From the NCBI GenBank assembly GCA_002328025.1, contig DCVE01000002.1:1-42947 (forward strand): a stretch of 42,947 nucleotides of DNA, in the 5' to 3' direction. Below the pieces are notes generated by a model. That model was given only the letters and a program-made list of their open reading frames with translations, was not told the origin of the DNA and did no database searches. Below, piece after piece: positions 36,977 to 42,947 of this stretch (its first letter is position 1; the number at the start of each line of letters is the position of its first letter). The position numbers and the translations under genes were made by a program. This DNA is from Patescibacteria group bacterium UBA2196 (GTDB lineage: Bacteria > Patescibacteriota > Patescibacteriia > UBA2196).

Positions 36977-38302
36977 TTATTCTAAATTGCCATTTTCTAA
37001 AATGTATTGCGTATTAATTGGAAGACATAAAGTACAAAAACAGCTTTTCTTGTGAATGGTTATAAAATTAGTTTCTCCAGTTTGTAATTGCTTTTTTATG
37101 TTTTCAAGTTTAAAAGCATAGCCCTGGGAGTGATTACCATTAATACACGGATTATCTTGTAAATAAGTAAGATAAGAAAAACTAAACATGGCTTGATAAA
37201 AAATAATTATAAAAATAATAATTTGGGCCACAATACGCCATATTTTATGATTAATTTTTTCTGTCAAACGATTCAAAAAATCACTAATAATTATAATTCC
37301 AGCCGGTAGACCCAAGATAAAGTAATGTTGATAAACCTGGCTTTTGGTCCATAATAAAAAAAGTGGTAATATCAGAAACCATATTAACAGGAATTTGTTT
37401 TGAGTGGATTTTTTTAGTAGGTAATAAAGCAATGCCGCCGCCACCATTATTAAAAGCAAACCATCAAGTAGCGGCCAATTAGCTGTGCCACTTAAAAAAT
37501 GTTGATAATCACTTCCAAAAGTATAATTAAAACCGCGTGTGGTTACTAATTGCAGAGGATAAATTAAACTTTCTATCGCCAAGTGGGCTGGGCTGGCCTG
37601 GTAGGTAAAGATATTTTCCAAACTGTACCAATCATGATTAATTTCAAACAAAACAAAAGGGAAATAAAGTATAATTATTAGCAGTAAGCCAATCAGAAAG
37701 TTTTTAAATAACAGATTTTTTCTGCCTAAAATTAAAGCGATTATGAAGGGGATGATCAATAATATACCTAATTGGTGAATTTGGGTTGTGATGCCCAACC
37801 ACAGCATAGCCCAAATTATACTGGTAGATTTTTTATCTTGCCAGAAAGAAAATAGTGACCAAAAAAACAATAAAACAAAAAACATTAAAACATTTTGTTG
37901 CCAAATGGTACGCGAAAAGATAATCGCCCACGGATTGACTGCTAAAAAAGCAGCTGCTATTAGGGCAGTTTTTTCATTAAAAAATTTTCTGACGAAAAAA
38001 AATAGCAGCAGGACAGTTAAGACATTAAAGAATGCAATATAGGCAGTTAAAAAAATTGGATCAGTCGAAATGATTATTGCTGGTAGTAGTAAATAAAGAA
38101 AAAACGGTGGGTTACAAATGCCCACAGAAGATGGTAGGCAGCTATTTGGTATGGGCCCGTTACGTAATATTTCTAGGGCTAGATAGGAATTTTTCGCTTG
38201 ATCGTAATTAAATTCCATGTAACGTAGATTATAAAAACGTAAAAAAGCCGCTAGTGTCAGGATAAAAATTAAAATAATTAAAGTTACGCGTTTGGTTTGC
38301 AT
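36977..38302 (-). CDS. ArnT/PMT-like GT-C glycosyltransferase
   Basis: LRFYNL...F.YDQA, PP.F.YL, NPWAIIFSR.IW, TQIH; ATG 38302 preferred because minus-strand TGCTATAAT lies just upstream. Confidence 0.85.
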   Translation of the reverse strand: MQTKRVTLIILIFILTLAAFLRFYNLRYMEFNYDQAKNSYLALEILRNGPIPNSCLPSSVGICNPPFFLYLLLPAIIISTDPIFLTAYIAFFNVLTVLLLFFFVRKFFNEKTALIAAAFLAVNPWAIIFSRTIWQQNVLMFFVLLFFWSLFSFWQDKKSTSIIWAMLWLGITTQIHQLGILLIIPFIIALILGRKNLLFKNFLIGLLLIIILYFPFVLFEINHDWYSLENIFTYQASPAHLAIESLIYPLQLVTTRGFNYTFGSDYQHFLSGTANWPLLDGLLLIMVAAALLYYLLKKSTQNKFLLIWFLILPLFLLWTKSQVYQHYFILGLPAGIIIISDFLNRLTEKINHKIWRIVAQIIIFIIIFYQAMFSFSYLTYLQDNPCINGNHSQGYAFKLENIKKQLQTGETNFITIHKKSCFCTLCLPINTQYILENGNLE

Positions 38303-38375
38303 ATTTATTTTATTATAGCAATCAAATTGCTTTTTTGCCATTTTTTTGTTATGATGAGTCTATAATATTTTTTTT

Positions 38376-38960
38376 ATGCTTTCTTTTTTGGCTGGTATAG
38401 TAAAATTTAAAAACAGCAAATCACTGGTTCTGGAAAATCAAGGCGTTGGTTTTGAGGTTTTTGTACCACTGCCACTATGGGAAATAACAAGTCCAGGTGA
38501 TCGGTGCGAACTTTTTTGTCATTTGCATGTGCGTGAGGATTTACTTGAACTTTATGGTTTTATTTCTTTGGAAGAAAAAAACTTTTTTGAATTATTACTC
38601 TCTGTTTCTGGAGTCGGACCAAAATCTGCCTTGCAGGTCCTTAACATTGCTAAGGTTGTTGAACTTCAGAAAGCTATTTTGAGAGGCGATCCAACACTTT
38701 TGCGGCAGGTCTCTGGTATTGGACAAAAAATTGCTGAACGTATTGTGGTGGAACTAAAAAATAAAATGGATAGTTTTAATTTGAGTAGCGAAACTGTTAA
38801 TTTAGCTTCAGGCAGTACGGGTGTTTTTGAAGCCTTGCAATCTTTGGGCTATTCTTTAATTGAAATTCGTGCGGCTTTAACCAAGGTTTCCCCAGAACTT
38901 AGTGATGAAAATGAAATTATCAAACAAACCTTAAAACAATTGGGTAGAAAATCTAAATAG
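38376..38960 (+). CDS. ruvA: Holliday junction branch migration protein RuvA
   Basis: GVGFEV, VRED..LYGF, SVSGVGPKSA, GIG.K.AERIVVELK, ALQSLGY. Confidence 0.97.
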   Translation: MLSFLAGIVKFKNSKSLVLENQGVGFEVFVPLPLWEITSPGDRCELFCHLHVREDLLELYGFISLEEKNFFELLLSVSGVGPKSALQVLNIAKVVELQKAILRGDPTLLRQVSGIGQKIAERIVVELKNKMDSFNLSSETVNLASGSTGVFEALQSLGYSLIEIRAALTKVSPELSDENEIIKQTLKQLGRKSK

Positions 38961-39055
38961 TAACTTTTTTAAGAAAACCACAATTTGTGTCAAAAAAGGC
39001 TCAAATTTTTTATTTTTAACATTGCTTTTTAATCTCAAAATGATAGAATAAAAAC

Positions 39056-40141
39056 ATGTTTATTGAATTAATAACTACTAATGCCTGTGTTGGTCGTGAG
39101 CTTAATAATTTTGTTGCGCAGAACAGTTTCCCAACTGCTTTTTTGCAAACTTGGCAGTGGGGTGGTTTTCGCGCCAGTTTAGGTGAAAAAGTTTGGCGTC
39201 TGATAGTTCGTGACGAGAATGGTCTTTTGTTAGCTACGGCAACTTTTTTTTCTAAGCCTTTACCATTCCAAAAAATTTATCTTGATTGCCCAAGGGGTCC
39301 GATTTTTTCTGGTGCAGTCGATTTGGGTCAACGTTTTGAAATCATTAAATCATTGGCTGATTTTTTAGTTAAAACAATCAAACAGTCAGTGGTCTTTGTC
39401 CGTACTGAAAACAATCAACCAACACAACCTGATATTATTTTGGCCTATGAGCAGGCTGGATTTAAGAAACCAGAATTTTTGGCTCACGCTGTCAACCCCA
39501 CCGCCACTTTGATTTTAGATTTAACTAAAACAGAAGAAGAAATTTTAGCCAACATGCATCCCAAGTGGCGCTATAACATTAAACTAGCAGAGAGGCGCGG
39601 CGTAGTTGTTAAACATAAAAATGATATTAATAAATTTTATTGGTTATTGGTTGCAACCGCCAGACGCGATAAAATAAAAATTTTTAGCAGAAAATATTAT
39701 GAAAATTTAATTAACTTTTTCTCCACTATGCCAGACTTTAAATTAAAATTATTTTTCGCTGAATTTCAGAATGAAGTTTTGGCAGCCATTTTAGTGATTG
39801 GCTGTGGTCATACAGCCACTTATCTGCACGGTGGCTCCTCTGATCTAAATAGGGAATTAATGCCCAACCACGCCATTCAATGGCAAGCCATCAAGTGGGC
39901 CAAAGAAAATAATTACCAGTGGTATGATTTCTGGGGTGTTATGACAACTGAAAAAAATAATCAAGATGGGACAGCGTGGGCTGGGATTACTCGTTTCAAA
40001 AAAGGTTTTGCGAATGCTGTTACAGGTCGCGAATTGGTTTATGTTGGAGCTTGGGATTGTGTGGAAAATCAGTTTTGGTATAATCTTTTTAAACTCACAA
40101 AAAAAATAAAAAATTTATTGACTAACTCTTTGCCCTTATAG
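39056..40141 (+). CDS. FemABX family peptidoglycan bridge aminoacyltransferase
   Basis: FLQTWQWG, PRGP, KWRYNIKLA.R.GV, YLHGGS, YDFWG, GITRFKKGF. Confidence 0.93.
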   Translation: MFIELITTNACVGRELNNFVAQNSFPTAFLQTWQWGGFRASLGEKVWRLIVRDENGLLLATATFFSKPLPFQKIYLDCPRGPIFSGAVDLGQRFEIIKSLADFLVKTIKQSVVFVRTENNQPTQPDIILAYEQAGFKKPEFLAHAVNPTATLILDLTKTEEEILANMHPKWRYNIKLAERRGVVVKHKNDINKFYWLLVATARRDKIKIFSRKYYENLINFFSTMPDFKLKLFFAEFQNEVLAAILVIGCGHTATYLHGGSSDLNRELMPNHAIQWQAIKWAKENNYQWYDFWGVMTTEKNNQDGTAWAGITRFKKGFANAVTGRELVYVGAWDCVENQFWYNLFKLTKKIKNLLTNSLPL

Positions 40142-40205
40142 CTCAATTGGATAGAGCATCTCCCTCCGAAGGAGAAGGTTAGCCGTTCAAGTCGGCTTAA
40201 GGGTA
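40132..40205 (+). tRNA. tRNA-Arg (CCG), CCA not encoded
   Basis: GCCCTTA/TAAGGGT acceptor; TCTCC-CTCCGAA-GGAGA; AGCCG-TTCAAGT-CGGCT; overlaps the last 10 bp of the fem gene. Confidence 0.95.
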
Positions 40206-40247
40206 AGTGGTCAGTTAATAAATAAAATCTAACAATAAATAAAAATT

Positions 40248-41270
40248 ATGTCAGAGGATATAAAAAATGTCCCCTTTAAAATTGAATGGAAAAAACTCAC
40301 CTTCCCCTTTCTTATTTTTTTAGTCGTCTTGGTGGTAATTTTTAAATTTTCAGAACTGCAAGAAATTGGCCGCTTGTTTGGTCAAGCAAAATGGTATTGG
40401 TTGTTGGCGGCCTTGGGCTGTCAGGTGGCTAATTTTTTGTTGCAAACTATGGTCTATAAAGTTAGTTTCAAATTATTAAATTTTAACCCATTTGGTTTTT
40501 GGCGTCTGCTTAAAACCTGCATTACAGTTATTTTTTTAAATTACACCGTGCCATCATTGGGCGTGGCTGGTAATATTTGGTTATTAAAACAAATTCGTCA
40601 TAAAAATTTACCAGAAGGCAAAGCCTTGATGATTGTTTTTATTGAGCTTATCTGTTATTATGCGGCTTTTATATTTCTTTTATTGTTGAGTTTGTTTTAT
40701 CTTTTTTTTAAACTGGGCCACATTGGTGGCACACAAAAAATTGCGGTAGTTGGTTTTTTGGTGGCATTGTTGGTTCTAGCCGGTTGCCTATATTTCTTTT
40801 TAGGCAATAAAAAATCAGCCAAAAAAAGACTTTTTTGGCTGGCCGAAAAAATTGATAAAGCTGAAGATGGAGTGCGTCAAGAGGACCGCATTAATCAACT
40901 GGTGGAAGATTTTTACCAAGATTTAAAATGGTTAAAAGTTAATAAATTAAAATTAGTTTGGCCCTTTTGTTTGCAATTAACCAAATTTTTAACCGATGGC
41001 GCCAATATCTATTTAATCTTTTTAGCTTTTGGTTCTTGGACACCAATTGGTTTGGGGTTGGTGGCTTTTGCTTTTGGTCGTTTGTTTGGTATTCTGTCAT
41101 TTATACCGGGTGGTTTGGGGGCCCTTGAAGGCTCTATGGTGGTAATTTTTAATTCTTTGGGCGTGACGTTGGAGCTCTCGCTGGCCACAATGCTTTTATA
41201 TCGGCTTTTTTCTTATTGGTTGTATATACCACTCGGCATCGTTTTTTATAAAAGTTTGGAGCGTGACTAA
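40248..41270 (+). CDS. LPG synthase TM / UPF0104 flippase-like membrane protein
   Basis: NYTVPS.G.AG, IPGGLGALEGSM, LLYRLFSYW; multiple TM segments. Confidence 0.88.
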   Translation: MSEDIKNVPFKIEWKKLTFPFLIFLVVLVVIFKFSELQEIGRLFGQAKWYWLLAALGCQVANFLLQTMVYKVSFKLLNFNPFGFWRLLKTCITVIFLNYTVPSLGVAGNIWLLKQIRHKNLPEGKALMIVFIELICYYAAFIFLLLLSLFYLFFKLGHIGGTQKIAVVGFLVALLVLAGCLYFFLGNKKSAKKRLFWLAEKIDKAEDGVRQEDRINQLVEDFYQDLKWLKVNKLKLVWPFCLQLTKFLTDGANIYLIFLAFGSWTPIGLGLVAFAFGRLFGILSFIPGGLGALEGSMVVIFNSLGVTLELSLATMLLYRLFSYWLYIPLGIVFYKSLERD

Positions 41271-41279
41271 AATAAAAAT

Positions 41280-42614
41280 ATGTTGGACAGAATTTTAGCT
41301 CTAATTAAAAAAATACTTCCACAATCAACATTAAATTTTTTGTTGCCATTTTACCATCATTTTTTGGCGCTTTTTAGCTCGTGGTTTTACAATTATCCGT
41401 CTGATAAAATGATTGTTATTGGGGTAACTGGCACGGCTGGTAAATCCTCCACCTGTTATTATATCGCTCAAATTTTAGAACATGCTGGTTGGGCGGTTGG
41501 TATGACCACCACCACTTTGTTTAAAATTAAAAACAAAGAATGGTTGAATGATAAAAAAATGACCATGGTTGGTCGTTTGCAACTCCAAAAAACTTTAGCC
41601 CAGATGGCTCGGGCGGGTTGTCAATGCGCGATTGTTGAAACATCATCTGAAGGTATTAAACAATTTCGTCACGTTGGTATTAATTATGATATTTTGGTTT
41701 TCACCAATTTATATCCAGAACACTTGGAAGCGCACGGTGGTTTTGAAAACTATAAACAAGCCAAAGGTAAATTGTTTGCTTCCCTAGCTGATTCTAAAAA
41801 TAAAACTGGTCTTAAAGTTAAAAAAACCATCATTATAAATTTAGACGATCAGTTTGCCGACTATTTTTTAAGTTTTGACTCTGAAGAAAAAATTGGTTAT
41901 TCCACGGCCGAATTTATCAAAACAAATTTAAAAATAAATTTGTTGGGCAACTATAATCAAAGTAATGTGGCGGCAGCTTTGGCGGTTGTTAAAGCTTTGA
42001 ATTTACCCCAACCAGCAGATTTATCTTTTTTAAAACCCTTACCCGGCCGGTTGGAGTTTATTGAAAATAATTTAAACATAAAAATAATAGTTGATTATGC
42101 TTTTGAGCCGCAGGCCATTGAAAAACTTTATTCTGTTACAAAAGACATACCGCACCAAAAAATAGTTCACATTTTGGGTTCAACCGGTGGTGGTCGCGAC
42201 AAAGCTCGCAGACCAATTTTGGGGAGTCTGGCTGCCAGGCAAGCCGATGTTGTAATTGTTACCAACGAAGATCCATACGACGAAGATCCGCGCGCTATTA
42301 TTAAAGAAGTCCTTCAGGGCGCGGCTGATTTTTTACTTAAAGAATTTGGTTCACCAAAAGACGTTGAAAATTTTAAATTTTCAATTTCAAATTTTAAAAC
42401 TATTTTAAATTTTTCAGTTTTAAATAATACAAAAACTCTGTATGCTGTTTTGGACAGACGTGCAGCCATTGCTTTGGCATTAAAATTGGCTTTGCCCAAC
42501 GATTTGGTCTTAATTACTGGTAAGGGTGCCGAACAGGCCATGTGTGTGGCTGATGGTAAAAAAATTCCGTGGGACGATCGGCAAGTGGTGCGAGAAGAAT
42601 TAGCGCGCATTTAA
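41280..42614 (+). CDS. murE: UDP-MurNAc-tripeptide synthetase (MurE-like)
   Basis: GVTGTAGKSS, ETSSEG, TNL.PEHL..H, PGRLE, VDYA, GGGRD, EDPY, GKG.E, DD. Confidence 0.92.
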   Translation: MLDRILALIKKILPQSTLNFLLPFYHHFLALFSSWFYNYPSDKMIVIGVTGTAGKSSTCYYIAQILEHAGWAVGMTTTTLFKIKNKEWLNDKKMTMVGRLQLQKTLAQMARAGCQCAIVETSSEGIKQFRHVGINYDILVFTNLYPEHLEAHGGFENYKQAKGKLFASLADSKNKTGLKVKKTIIINLDDQFADYFLSFDSEEKIGYSTAEFIKTNLKINLLGNYNQSNVAAALAVVKALNLPQPADLSFLKPLPGRLEFIENNLNIKIIVDYAFEPQAIEKLYSVTKDIPHQKIVHILGSTGGGRDKARRPILGSLAARQADVVIVTNEDPYDEDPRAIIKEVLQGAADFLLKEFGSPKDVENFKFSISNFKTILNFSVLNNTKTLYAVLDRRAAIALALKLALPNDLVLITGKGAEQAMCVADGKKIPWDDRQVVREELARI

Positions 42615-42617
42615 TTT

Positions 42618-42917
42618 ATGTTACAAGTAAAAAAATTTCAAAAACGCTCAGAAAATTTTATCTGTGCTCACTGCAAGGCGCAAGTGGAGGGTCAGGGTTA
42701 CACCGATCATTGTCCGCAGTGTTTGTGGTCACGACACGTGGACGTAAATCCGGGTGATAGGCAATGTCATTGTCGTGGTCTGATGGCGCCCGTATTAGCA
42801 ATGGTCAAAAAAGATAATTACATAATTTTTTATACCTGTCAGACATGTGGTTTTGAACATCACGTCAAAGCTGCACCAGATGATAATTTTGAACTTATTT
42901 TATCTTTAACCAATTAA
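42618..42917 (+). CDS. RNHCP domain Zn-binding protein
   Basis: F.C.HC, TDHCPQCLWSRHVD..PGDR...C.G.M.P, C..CG. Confidence 0.9.
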   Translation: MLQVKKFQKRSENFICAHCKAQVEGQGYTDHCPQCLWSRHVDVNPGDRQCHCRGLMAPVLAMVKKDNYIIFYTCQTCGFEHHVKAAPDDNFELILSLTN

Positions 42918-42947
42918 AATAATATTTTTTTAAATTTATGAAAATTA

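Noticed and set aside
38376-38960. ruvA without adjacent ruvB/ruvC
   Set aside because: Split ruv genes are common; the partners may lie outside the window
1020-42757. Many short antisense or nested ORFs in the track
   Set aside because: They are shadows of well-supported genes and show no independent motifs
1-42947. Alternative genetic code (TGA recoded)
   Set aside because: Conserved genes are full length under the standard code and TGA terminates 14306..14836
42938-42947. ORF start at the window edge (ATGAAAATTA)
   Set aside because: Too short to call

Overview
AT-rich bacterial chromosomal segment using the standard genetic code (TGG=Trp, TGA used as stop at 14836). Several traits point to a CPR/Patescibacteria genome (inference): AT-rich translation starts without Shine-Dalgarno sites, frequent TGnTATAAT-type extended -10 promoters, a type IV pilus locus with no pilQ in the window, and MurE with an EDPY motif. 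Left to right: (1) tRNA-His followed by a tandem array of small integrated units. It has three homologous att-like motifs, each encoding an orphan recombinase-like C-terminal tail on the minus strand, plus an exact 208-bp duplication flanking a secreted HExxH protein. (2) An LCP protein and a putative cobalamin-uptake pair. (3) A GH130/GT4/HAD cluster and a tiny basic ORF. (4) polA, PIN and RNase H-like genes, folD, glyA, tRNA-Arg(TCT) with a hairpin-interrupted partial duplicate, and lemA. (5) A ~17-kb type IV pilus locus: pilMNO(P), pilB, a receiver protein, a catalytically degenerate pilT-like gene, pilC and the major pilin. A lipid-linked glycosylation cassette (DUF2723/TMEM260-like, Ppm1-like GT2, GT-C, GtrA, methyltransferase) lies between the major pilin and pilD/minor pilins. 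(6) An ArnT-like GT, ruvA, femX-like, tRNA-Arg(CCG), a flippase-like gene, murE and an RNHCP protein. The strongest candidates for novelty are the pilus-embedded glycosylation system, the recombinase-less cassette array at tRNA-His and the pseudo-ATPase PilT. All family calls come from motif recognition by eye; no searches were run.
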